Shown here: positions 29,655 to 37,614 of the stretch, piece after piece | Layout: each line of letters begins with the position of its first letter | Position numbering within the stretch: position 1 is the first letter of the stretch | Origin: a virus | Taxonomy: Duplodnaviria > Caudoviricetes | Strand: one strand, 5' to 3' | Length of the DNA: 64,000 nucleotides | Virus record (IMG/VR): IMGVR_UViG_3300014205_000174 | Translations under genes and position numbers: made by a program | Notes under the pieces: generated by a model | The model's input: the letters and a program-made list of their open reading frames with translations, nothing else | Database searches by the model: none | What the model was told of the DNA's origin: nothing

Positions 29655-29695
29655 AAACAAAAATCCCCGCTCGGAAGGAGCAGGGATTTTTGTTT
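29655..29695 (-). terminator. Attenuator terminator upstream of the Leu/Ser/Tyr tRNA cluster
   Basis: ATCCCTGCTC-CTTCC-GAGCGGGGAT then TTTTGTTT, between leader ORF and first tRNA. Confidence 0.85.
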
Positions 29696-29713
29696 TAATT
29701 GTATATTTTAGTT

Positions 29714-29788
29714 CTATACAGTCATAACATACCCTGCTCGTTCCGACAACGAGAGATATAATGAACTATATAGAGTTACTTGTTTCAT
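29714..29788 (-). CDS. 24-aa attenuator leader peptide MKQVTLYSSLYLSLSERAGYVMTV
   Basis: Codons 6-15 CTA TAT AGT TCA TTA TAT CTC TCG TTG TCG; contains antiterminator 29732-29746. Confidence 0.85.
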   Translation of the reverse strand: MKQVTLYSSLYLSLSERAGYVMTV

Positions 29789-29792
29789 CCTG

Positions 29793-29800
29793 CAAATGTA
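29793..29800 (-). promoter_or_regulatory. Bacteroidota housekeeping-sigma -7 element
   Basis: TACATTTG (TAnnTTTG), 4 nt before the leader ATG; context AAAAAGTATTACTACATTTGCA resembles that at 30265. Confidence 0.75.
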
Positions 29801-29839
29801 GTAATACTTTTTAAACGAAAAAACTTTATTTTACTATTG

Positions 29840-29915
29840 AGGCCAGGGAGAGAATTCAACTCTCGTTATATGCGTTTTGCAGACGCACCCCTATCACAAC
29901 ATTGGGTACCTGGCC
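29840..29915 (-). tRNA. tRNA-Cys (GCA)
   Basis: GGCCAGG/CCTGGCC, TGCGT-CTGCAAA-ACGCA, U73; T-loop TTGAATT atypical. Confidence 0.85.
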
Positions 29916-29926
29916 ATTATTATGTG

Positions 29927-29997
29927 CACGGGCGATAAGAATCGAACTTACCACAAACGGTTTTGGAGACCGCTTCGCCGCCTTAGCATGCGCCCGT
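29927..29997 (-). tRNA. tRNA-Trp (CCA)
   Basis: ACGGGCG/CGCCCGT, GCGGT-CTCCAAA-ACCGT, TTCGATT, G73. Confidence 0.88.
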
Positions 29998-30000
29998 ATG

Positions 30001-30071
30001 TGGTGCGTACAAGAATCGAACTTGTGTAGCTGGGTCTTCAAGCCAGTGACTAACCATTCATCCAACGCACC
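30001..30071 (-). tRNA. tRNA-Phe (GAA)
   Basis: GGTGCGT/ACGCACC, loop TTGAAGA, ACAAG-TTCGATT-CTTGT, A73. Confidence 0.85.
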
Positions 30072-30079
30072 ATGTAAAC

Positions 30080-30112
30080 AAAAAAAATCCCGCCGTGGTA
30101 TACCAGGCGGGA
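30080..30112 (-). terminator. Attenuator terminator upstream of the Phe/Trp/Cys tRNA cluster
   Basis: TCCCGCC-TGGTATACCAC-GGCGGGA then T8. Confidence 0.88.
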
Positions 30113-30134
30113 GGAGTATTAAACGAATACGCTT

Positions 30135-30209
30135 TTACACAATGATTCGCCCGCTGGTTACGTTACTAAACCAACAGAAAGTCGAAGTCATTGTTACAGT
30201 GTATCTCAT
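30135..30209 (-). CDS. 24-aa attenuator leader peptide MRYTVTMTSTFCWFSNVTSGRIIV
   Basis: Codons 11-14 TTC TGT TGG TTT; contains antiterminator ACCAGCGGG 30150-30158. Confidence 0.85.
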   Translation of the reverse strand: MRYTVTMTSTFCWFSNVTSGRIIV

Positions 30210-30264
30210 GATTTTTAAAAATTAAAGAAAATGCTCACAATAGCTGTGCTCAAATTCTCCAGTG

Positions 30265-30272
30265 CAAAAGTA
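30265..30272 (-). promoter_or_regulatory. Bacteroidota housekeeping-sigma -7 element
   Basis: TACTTTTG in AAAAAACATTACTACTTTTGCA. Confidence 0.75.
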
Positions 30273-30426
30273 GTAATGTTTTTTAATCAATCAACTATTT
30301 CACCAAATTTTATTTTTAAGCCGGATTTTTCTGAAATAAATTCACGCATCAACTCCCAAGACGACAACGCCCTCACCTTACCGTTTCGCTCTTTTCTTAT
30401 CCACTTAATTGTTGCAGGAATGAAGA

Positions 30427-30570
30427 CCGTTCTACAAAACCTATCCAAATCTATCCAAAGACAGGTTTGGTGTTTGTTTACTGTTTCACAGCGGGGCTAT
30501 GTAGCATTTCTGCTACAGAACTCCACGCTCCACAGTCTTTCACGGCAGAACTTGCCGCATAACCGCCTAT
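30427..30570 (-). mobile_element. Putative tnpB right end / omegaRNA region (IS607-like, ends ...GTAGAACGG)
   Basis: Follows and overlaps the tnpB 3' end; TGTAGCA-GAAA-TGCTACA hairpin; TTTGGATAG repeat; terminal GG. Confidence 0.5.
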
Positions 30571-31320
30571 CGGTTGTTTATCTTGTTTTTCTTTTTTCTC
30601 GTATTTATGCGCGTGCTTTACCGGGTACTGTTCCAGGTTCACGCTCGCAGTATTGTCTCGCTGGTGGTGGGTGTTGCATATATCGCAGTCCCACTCACGG
30701 TCGCTTAGCTTAAGGTTCTGGTTTATATGCCCGCAGTGGCTGCATAGTTTACTGCTTGGGAAGAACCTGTCGACTACCGTTATTTTACACCCATACCATA
30801 GTCCCTTGTATTCCAATTGCCTGCGGAACTCGTAGAAGCTCCCGTTGGCTATGTGTTTACTGAGGTTATGGTTCTTCAGCATGCCAGAGACATTCAAATT
30901 CTCAATAACTACCTCGCTGTGGTTTTTAGCAAGGTAGGTAGTCAGTTTATGAAGGCCGTCAAGGCGATGGTCGGAGATGTGCTTATGTATTTTAGCTATT
31001 TTATTGCACTGCTTCTTGTAGTTGCTACTCCTCGGCGCTTTATCGTCCTTGAGCAGCTTCCATACTTCCACTACCTCCCAGTCCATAATATCAGACGGAT
31101 ATATACCCATTGGCATCGGGTACAGACGCCTGCTTCCTGGTTGCCCAGGCGCATCCGGAGAAACCCACCAGTCGCCCATCATAGAACCAACAAGCCACAC
31201 CTGTTTTTCTACAGGCCCTGGGTGCATGCAATAGTCGATATAAAGCTGGTGGACTACGTCTGGCAGCTCCACCTTTATGGCTTTGAGATTCGTTTCTTCA
31301 GGTAGTTCTTTTACGAGCAT
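30478..31320 (-). CDS. Chimera: unrelated ~90-aa N-terminus fused to C-terminal half of TnpB
   Basis: Retains VVIENLNV (RuvC-II), FPSSKLCSHC..CDIC Zn finger and RDNTAS (RuvC-III); lacks N-terminal lobes and RuvC-I. Confidence 0.8.
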   Translation of the reverse strand: MLVKELPEETNLKAIKVELPDVVHQLYIDYCMHPGPVEKQVWLVGSMMGDWWVSPDAPGQPGSRRLYPMPMGIYPSDIMDWEVVEVWKLLKDDKAPRSSNYKKQCNKIAKIHKHISDHRLDGLHKLTTYLAKNHSEVVIENLNVSGMLKNHNLSKHIANGSFYEFRRQLEYKGLWYGCKITVVDRFFPSSKLCSHCGHINQNLKLSDREWDCDICNTHHQRDNTASVNLEQYPVKHAHKYEKKEKQDKQPIGGYAASSAVKDCGAWSSVAEMLHSPAVKQ

Positions 31321-31339
31321 GTTTTTATCTTATTAATTA

Positions 31340-31981
31340 CTACCGTCTTTTTTTTATTTTGGAAACTTCTATTTTAACCAAATCAAAGTTGTCGTCTTGC
31401 ATAAATAATGAATTTGCTTTAAACGCTTTTTTCATCATCGCTATATCAATGTAGTCCCAGTTAATATTTTCTAACTTATTTAGTATTATTACCGACTTTC
31501 CGGTAATTTTTTCTTTTACCGCTCTTTCGCACATGCCATTGAATATTACAGGCGCGCCCATTCTGGGGTCTCCACACAACGGGATAAGGGAAGAGGTGGC
31601 GTAAATCTCATCTGCATCTTTTACCGCCTGCCAGGTGCTTTCCAAGTTATGCCATGCGCGGTCAAGCACCTTGGAAAATACCCTGTCGACACATTCCAGC
31701 CCCTGCTCTTTTGCGAAATCCAACACCTCCCTTTGTGCGCTCCTGAACTCACTGGCATGTAAAATGTCTGATTCGATGTATATTCTTATTTTGATGCCGC
31801 TTTTAGCTTCGCTGGTATCGGCCTTATATTCACTGGTTGCCAGACATTCTTTACAGTTTGCCAGTTCGGGGGATACTGAGATTTCTTCATTGTCCTTATG
31901 CGTGTGAACGTTCTTGCCACATACTGATGTGTAAGTGTAATCGCCGTTGTAGCCAGTTCTTGAATAGTGTACGATTTTCAT
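31340..31981 (-). CDS. Hypothetical protein with N-terminal C/H motif
   Basis: H...CG...CKEC. Confidence 0.6.
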   Translation of the reverse strand: MKIVHYSRTGYNGDYTYTSVCGKNVHTHKDNEEISVSPELANCKECLATSEYKADTSEAKSGIKIRIYIESDILHASEFRSAQREVLDFAKEQGLECVDRVFSKVLDRAWHNLESTWQAVKDADEIYATSSLIPLCGDPRMGAPVIFNGMCERAVKEKITGKSVIILNKLENINWDYIDIAMMKKAFKANSLFMQDDNFDLVKIEVSKIKKRR

Positions 31982-32012
31982 GTTTTATTTTTATTACGCT
32001 TTATGTATACAG

Positions 32013-32792
32013 TTAGCTTATTCCATTTTGATAAAACACATGGTCTCTTGGCCATACCTGGTGGAATGATATGCGACCATCCTGATTCAACACGTTCACA
32101 TTTACATATCCAGGCAAGTCGCAGGTTGCTATATGATATTCTGCACCGTCTATGGCGTAGGCCTTACCTTTTATCAGGTAAATGTTTGCCGGTCTTATTT
32201 TTGTACGCCCAGCTCCTTTCCTGTAATAGCCATTGCCTATTTTGACCCTGTTAGCAATATCCTTCGCGGTAACCGCATCGGACATTGGCTCATGGCTAGC
32301 CTCCGTATACATCTCATGCATATCACGTATGCACTGGTGAAATTCCATTTTCCCTTTATTATTTATTGCGTTTATATTCACAAACCCAGGCAGTGAGCAG
32401 GAAACTCTATTGTATCTAGTTAAATCTTTAGCGTACAGTTTACCCTTTATCATATAAACACCCTTCTGTACAGAATCAACGGATTCCCTGCTGTTGCTTA
32501 TTGGGAAATAAGTACTCCCTACTTTTATTTTATTAGCTATATCCTGTTCCGTTACATTAACAGGCGCAGCTATTGAATTGTATTTATCTACGGCCTCCTT
32601 TCTCTGCATGTAATTAAATGGATACGCTTCAGGATTCGAGCTATTATGCACTACAACCTCAAGGTAGCATGTACCCTTCCATGGATTAGCAACAACGCAC
32701 AAATCCTTGTTTACCAACCCACGTGCAGATTGTATATAAGTGCGTACTTCTCCGGGGATATCGGTTATGTCTATTTTTTTTGGTGACGACAT
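32013..32792 (-). CDS. Hypothetical protein with internal duplication
   Basis: Two copies of DIAN..K.G..Y...Y.IKGK.YA.D...C.LPG.VN.N..N..G...FHQ. Confidence 0.7.
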   Translation of the reverse strand: MSSPKKIDITDIPGEVRTYIQSARGLVNKDLCVVANPWKGTCYLEVVVHNSSNPEAYPFNYMQRKEAVDKYNSIAAPVNVTEQDIANKIKVGSTYFPISNSRESVDSVQKGVYMIKGKLYAKDLTRYNRVSCSLPGFVNINAINNKGKMEFHQCIRDMHEMYTEASHEPMSDAVTAKDIANRVKIGNGYYRKGAGRTKIRPANIYLIKGKAYAIDGAEYHIATCDLPGYVNVNVLNQDGRISFHQVWPRDHVFYQNGIS

Positions 32793-32990
32793 TATTTTTG
32801 ATTTTTATCTGTATCAGGAATTACTTTTTCTACTTTAATGATGGAGCAACCGGTATTGAATCTCTTAAACTTACTTCTGGCCCAGTTTTCGGATGTGGCC
32901 GCAATCCGGTAAGGCTTAACCGCAGGCACACCGTATTTTTTATAAAACACGTCGTAATCCGGGTAGGTATTCTCTTTCTTTTCAGGAGCT

Positions 32991-33572
32991 TTATTTTGCA
33001 TGCTTTTCTTTTATCGCACGAATTGCCATATCCCTTAGCTGGTCTAAAATGACGCTGGTCTTATACTTGCCGCCAGATAGTACTCCCACTTCAGTCAAGG
33101 CATCCTGGTATATCTGCTCTACTTCAGCGAGCTCCTTATTCATGGCGGCAACATCATCGGGCAATTCACTTAAATCTTCACACCCCACCTCTACTTCAAT
33201 AGTATCCCCATAGTTGCCGCCTCTGGCAATCCACGATTCTACATCACGTAAACTTATTGGAGACAAATCCTTATGTATAAACCCGTATGACGCCACTACT
33301 TTTTCCCACGCTGCATATATTATAGGTAGATGCCCACCTACTCGCACACGCTTCTTTACGGTCAAAACACCATTCTGCATGCCATAATACCAGTGACCTT
33401 CCATCACCTGGGCCTCTATATCAACTAGCACCATATTCATAGCCTGGTTACCAAGGTCATGCTTGCCAGCTATTGCCGGTTTACCTCCGACCATTATAAT
33501 ATCACCCGCCCTATTGGTAATATTCTCATAGCTCATAGGTACGAGCCGAACATAATACCTTTTTTTAGCCAT
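32991..33572 (-). CDS. Phage hypothetical protein (family D)
   Basis: KVVASY...LSPISLRDVESWI. Confidence 0.65.
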   Translation of the reverse strand: MAKKRYYVRLVPMSYENITNRAGDIIMVGGKPAIAGKHDLGNQAMNMVLVDIEAQVMEGHWYYGMQNGVLTVKKRVRVGGHLPIIYAAWEKVVASYGFIHKDLSPISLRDVESWIARGGNYGDTIEVEVGCEDLSELPDDVAAMNKELAEVEQIYQDALTEVGVLSGGKYKTSVILDQLRDMAIRAIKEKHAK

Positions 33573-33592
33573 TGCTTGTTTTTTACCTGTAG

Positions 33593-33608
33593 TGCAATTT
33601 GCGTGCCA
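33593..33608 (-). promoter_or_regulatory. Sigma-54-type promoter
   Basis: TGGCACG-CAAA-TTGCA ~21 nt before ATG 33572. Confidence 0.78.
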
Positions 33609-33622
33609 AATTAGTTTTGCAA

Positions 33623-33796
33623 TCAGTTAGTGAGCGAATATTCTACCGTAGCATATGGCCGGTCATTAGGCCCTATAATCAATGACCCAGAGACCATACC
33701 TGCATGTATCTGCTCTACGACAACCTTACATACGTTTTCTAAGGTCAAATCGCTACCAGGCTCAATATTCATTTTTATTGTTAAAATATTTTCCAT
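33623..33796 (-). CDS. 57-aa hypothetical protein (absent from the ORF track)
   Basis: MENILTIKMNIEPGSDL...EYSLTN, exactly fills the gap between two sigma-54 motifs. Confidence 0.55.
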   Translation of the reverse strand: MENILTIKMNIEPGSDLTLENVCKVVVEQIHAGMVSGSLIIGPNDRPYATVEYSLTN

Positions 33797-33821
33797 TATC
33801 TGTTATTCTTTCCCTATATAG

Positions 33822-33837
33822 AGCAATTCCCGTGCCA
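33822..33837 (-). promoter_or_regulatory. Sigma-54-type promoter
   Basis: TGGCACG-GGAA-TTGCT at the main strand switch. Confidence 0.78.
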
Positions 33838-33873
33838 AATAAAAAACTAAGTTTTTATTCTCTACCTATAATC

Positions 33874-33889
33874 TGGCATGCAAATTGCA
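33874..33889 (+). promoter_or_regulatory. Sigma-54-type promoter
   Basis: TGGCATG-CAAA-TTGCA, divergent partner of 33822. Confidence 0.75.
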
Positions 33890-33928
33890 TTACAGCCAAT
33901 ACATTCACAGTTTAGTAAATTTCATTTT

Positions 33929-34222
33929 ATGCCAGCATATGCATATCCAATAATAATTAAGAGGGAGCCGCAATTGGTTAGATTTCAGAAAGAAATAGAA
34001 CTAGGTAGCGGGAGCGATGGCGTGCTGACATTAGCCAAACTCCGTGAGTATGGCGTTACGGAAGAGCACGCATTTTGGACGCGCGAAACAGATGAAGGGC
34101 TGTATAGCACGACTCTTTTGATAATATCAGGGGCGAGGCTGGAAACACCCGAAGAGTTAAAAATAAGGGTTGAGAAAGAAGAGGCCTATATGGCTGAATA
34201 CAACAAGAGAAAGGCTATATAA
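33929..34222 (+). CDS. Hypothetical protein
   Basis: ATG 33929 lies downstream of the promoter motif. Confidence 0.6.
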   Translation: MPAYAYPIIIKREPQLVRFQKEIELGSGSDGVLTLAKLREYGVTEEHAFWTRETDEGLYSTTLLIISGARLETPEELKIRVEKEEAYMAEYNKRKAI

Positions 34223-34243
34223 AAAACGCGATAGTAAATATTT

Positions 34244-34259
34244 TGGCACGCAAATTGCA
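34244..34259 (+). promoter_or_regulatory. Sigma-54-type promoter
   Basis: TGGCACG-CAAA-TTGCA upstream of ATG 34285. Confidence 0.78.
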
Positions 34260-34284
34260 TTACAGGAAATATATCTCAAATCAA

Positions 34285-35205
34285 ATGCACGAATTTATTT
34301 TAATACCAAACGATGGTATGCTACCGGAAGTCAACGATATCGTCAAAAGGGTCAAGGCGACTGGTATCAAGCGTTTTGACAAAGAGTCGCCTGTGGACAC
34401 CGTATCTATATCTACATGGAGCGCCGAGGCCGACAGCGGCACCCACTCACCAATGAACCTGCTGATTGTAGATACAAATTCCGATATTCAGGAGGGGGAT
34501 GTTTGTATGGAGGCCAGAACTGGCTATATAGGCCGCGCGTTCTTGCCTAAAAATGACGGTACAGTATCTGACGAAGTGTACAAAACTCTTATAGAGATAC
34601 AGTATTATAGCCATTATACCAGTGCTGGCTTTATCGGCAAGGCCGACCACTTTAAAGTAATTGCATCTTACCAGCCCATTATTGTGGAAGACATGGTAAT
34701 AAACGACCTCCCATCAATCCGGCTATCTGATGTACGCACATGGATAGATGCCGGTTGCCCAAAAGAGGCGTCGCTAGAATGTTTGATTAGCCCGAATCCG
34801 GCAGAGGATTTTAAACTTCAACCGAAAATCACAGACGGTCATGTAACAATTATCTGGCCATTGGAAGTCATGTTTGGTGGGCCATTACCGGATAAGCTAA
34901 AAGACTCCGCCGGTGCACCGCGAGCAAATAACACAGCGCAAGCATTACAAAACCAGGCGCACAACAGAGCAGACAGGACACCACCAAATAAATTATACTG
35001 GCTACCCATACCCGCCGAAAGAAAGAGCAATGAGCTGGAGATAGTATTAGCAAAGGACTCTGCAACAAATGGTACGCTTGTAGGCCGCCTTAAAAAAGAT
35101 GGCAATAGCTGGTATTGCGATAGCGGCAACAGATGGATGCATGCAGATGTATATATTCCAATGGAATACCTCACCTCTTTACCAACAAAAGAAACACAAT
35201 CATAA
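34285..35205 (+). CDS. Phage hypothetical protein (family D)
   Basis: KVIASY.P...LPSIRLSDVRTWIDAGCP. Confidence 0.65.
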   Translation: MHEFILIPNDGMLPEVNDIVKRVKATGIKRFDKESPVDTVSISTWSAEADSGTHSPMNLLIVDTNSDIQEGDVCMEARTGYIGRAFLPKNDGTVSDEVYKTLIEIQYYSHYTSAGFIGKADHFKVIASYQPIIVEDMVINDLPSIRLSDVRTWIDAGCPKEASLECLISPNPAEDFKLQPKITDGHVTIIWPLEVMFGGPLPDKLKDSAGAPRANNTAQALQNQAHNRADRTPPNKLYWLPIPAERKSNELEIVLAKDSATNGTLVGRLKKDGNSWYCDSGNRWMHADVYIPMEYLTSLPTKETQS

Positions 35206-35206
35206 A

Positions 35207-35680
35207 ATGAACGAACAATACTCAATACAACCCATACCGATTGAACACAAATACTGTGCTATAGGGGAGCGGATATTTGCCTTTGACAAAACACTTGATA
35301 AGTGGGCATATAATTACCTCGACAAATTATCACATACTGAAATACCTCAGCGCTTTCTTGTGACGTCCGATGACCCGTTAGCCTTTGGCGGCTATGTATT
35401 GACGGAAAGCGGCGAGTTACATAAGCGCAGGCAATCTGACACCGATAGATTTGTCTTAGCTGCATACCCTGCATTACCAGGTATGCGCTTAATTAGCGAC
35501 TGGGATGTTAATAAGTGGATAGAGGAGGGCTGTCCCAAGAAAATACTTTTGGAGGTAAAAAGCCTGCATGTCCCAACCGATTCTGATACAGAATACGAAT
35601 CAGCAGACACCATGAAGAAATGGAATCGCATAACGCCAAAACTTAACCAAAATCACATCATCTGTATATGGATGCAATAG
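35207..35680 (+). CDS. Phage hypothetical protein (family D)
   Basis: VLAAYP...ISDWDVNKWIEEGCP. Confidence 0.65.
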   Translation: MNEQYSIQPIPIEHKYCAIGERIFAFDKTLDKWAYNYLDKLSHTEIPQRFLVTSDDPLAFGGYVLTESGELHKRRQSDTDRFVLAAYPALPGMRLISDWDVNKWIEEGCPKKILLEVKSLHVPTDSDTEYESADTMKKWNRITPKLNQNHIICIWMQ

Positions 35681-35886
35681 TTGTAACCTACCGTAATAAT
35701 GGCTCCAACAATGGAGCCGGCGACTACCACGCCTGTTTCGAAAACGATACCGCAACGTGGGAATGCGGAAGAACGTCCGACGAGACCATAGGGAAGCTAA
35801 TGCGGTCTACGCAGCAGAGAACCGGTATAAAAATAGTTGACGCAGGCCCATTGAAACGAATCCCGGAAAGTCTTTTTAAAAAATAA
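35668..35886 (+). CDS. Hypothetical protein
   Basis: ORF in operon. Confidence 0.55.
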   Translation: MDAIVVTYRNNGSNNGAGDYHACFENDTATWECGRTSDETIGKLMRSTQQRTGIKIVDAGPLKRIPESLFKK

Positions 35887-35913
35887 TATGTAAACCAATA
35901 AAAAACACTGAAA

Positions 35914-36240
35914 ATGGACGCTATATCTGAAGCTGAATTGAAAAACCTGAGAACACAAGTGACATTACTTACGGACATAAACAAATGCTACTCGGATGTA
36001 ATGTACTGTATTGTTACGGCAGCATCACAGGCGCTGTCGGGCGAAAACGGCATAAATTATGACGGCTTGTATATTTCTCAGGCAGATGGCGACATTTCTT
36101 TACCGGTGAAAGACTTCAAAAAAATGAAAATATTGCTTGAGATTTTAGCAACCCGTAAAAATCATGATGAAATACCTGGCGCAAAGAGCGAGATTACGAA
36201 AATAAACCTGCTCACAAAGGTACTTGCACAATTACAATAA
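35914..36240 (+). CDS. Hypothetical protein
   Basis: ORF in operon. Confidence 0.55.
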   Translation: MDAISEAELKNLRTQVTLLTDINKCYSDVMYCIVTAASQALSGENGINYDGLYISQADGDISLPVKDFKKMKILLEILATRKNHDEIPGAKSEITKINLLTKVLAQLQ

Positions 36241-36402
36241 CAAAATAAACACGCACATGAAACAATTCAAATTATTGCACGTCGCCTTATACGCAAAAGG
36301 CCATTATGCACTAAGATACATGGACATGACCGAACTGGGAATTACTGAATTCCCTAAACCATCAATACCAGCATTATTTATACCAAAGCACAACCAATAA
36401 TC

Positions 36403-37614
36403 ATGAACATAACCATATTCGGCAAAGAAATAATAGATGAATCGACCATCATCCAGTTGCAAAACTGCATGGTAGATAATGCAATAGGCGTAATTACCGC
36501 CGACGCCCATAAGGGCTACTCCATGCCGGTTGGCGGGTGCATAGCCTACAAGGATATGATATCCCCGTCAGGCGTCGGATATGATATCGCATGTGGAAAT
36601 ATGGCCGTGCAAACCAATGTACTGGCCTCAGACATTAATGCCAGCCATGTAATGAATGAGATTGCACGACTTATATCTTTTGGTGTGGGCCGCCCAAACA
36701 ATGAGCCGGTAGACCATGAGGTGCTTGATAAGATATCTCAATCGAACTTTGCACCACAGCGCAAAATGGCACAGTTGGCCAAGAGCCAGTTGGGTACCGT
36801 CGGAAGCGGGAATCATTTCGTAGATATTTTCAAAGACGAAAATGGCTTAATCTGGATAGGCGTACACTTCGGCTCCCGTGGCTTCGGCCATAAGACAGCG
36901 TCAGGGTTTATGTCCATGGCCCAGGGGCTTGATTTCGATGAACGTGCCAAAGGCGAGTCCATGGATGCGCCACCTACGCTTTTCGCCACCAATACAGAAC
37001 TGGGGCAAGCTTATATAGACGCTATGAACCTTTGCGGGGAATACGCCTATGCGGGCCGGGAGACCGTTATCAATAAAGTATTGGGCATACTGGGTAATCC
37101 GGAAGTTACTTTCTCCGTACACAACCACCATAATTTCGCATGGAAGGAAAACCACTTTGGTGAAGACTACTGGGTAGTACGAAAAGGATGCACACCTGCC
37201 TTTCCAGGCCAACGAGGTTTTATCGGGGCCAACATGCGCGACATATCCGTTATCGTGGAAGGTGTAGATACGGAACAATCCCGTAATGGCCTGTATTCTA
37301 CCGTACACGGAGCGGGCCGCATTTTATCGCGCACACAGGCTGCCGGAAAGAAGAAGTGGGTCAAGGGGGCGGATGGCAAAAAAAAGCCCGTAACGGTTGG
37401 CAAGGGCGTTATTGACTTTGACCAGGTACGTCACGAACTCACAGAACGCAATGTTGAATTACGCGGAGCTGGTGCCGATGAGGCCCCCGGATGTTACAAG
37501 AACCTGTCAGACGTCTTAGCCTACCAAGGAGACACAATCAAGATACTGCATAAGCTTACGCCAATTGGCGTGGCCATGGCCGGAGGTAATGAATTTGACC
37601 CTTATAAAGACTAA
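36403..37614 (+). CDS. rtcB: RtcB family RNA ligase
   Basis: DAH.GY..PVG, VGYDIACG, QLGTVGSGNHF, HFGSRG.G, HHN, RKG.T, HGAGR..SR, DEAP.CYK. Confidence 0.95.
   Translation: MNITIFGKEIIDESTIIQLQNCMVDNAIGVITADAHKGYSMPVGGCIAYKDMISPSGVGYDIACGNMAVQTNVLASDINASHVMNEIARLISFGVGRPNNEPVDHEVLDKISQSNFAPQRKMAQLAKSQLGTVGSGNHFVDIFKDENGLIWIGVHFGSRGFGHKTASGFMSMAQGLDFDERAKGESMDAPPTLFATNTELGQAYIDAMNLCGEYAYAGRETVINKVLGILGNPEVTFSVHNHHNFAWKENHFGEDYWVVRKGCTPAFPGQRGFIGANMRDISVIVEGVDTEQSRNGLYSTVHGAGRILSRTQAAGKKKWVKGADGKKKPVTVGKGVIDFDQVRHELTERNVELRGAGADEAPGCYKNLSDVLAYQGDTIKILHKLTPIGVAMAGGNEFDPYKD

Noticed and set aside
29655-30272. T-box riboswitches as the tRNA leaders
   Set aside because: No T-box sequence or long stem I; the leaders are short and contain codon-matched ORFs.
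29254-30713. ORF-track entries 29254-29592, 29856-30065, 29902-30225 and 30231-30713
   Set aside because: They overlap tRNAs, attenuators or the tnpB end and are probably spurious, like most antisense shadow ORFs in the track.
30427-31320. Intact IStron (group I intron plus IS)
   Set aside because: No room for, or sign of, a group I core or left end between the phage N-terminus and the TnpB half.
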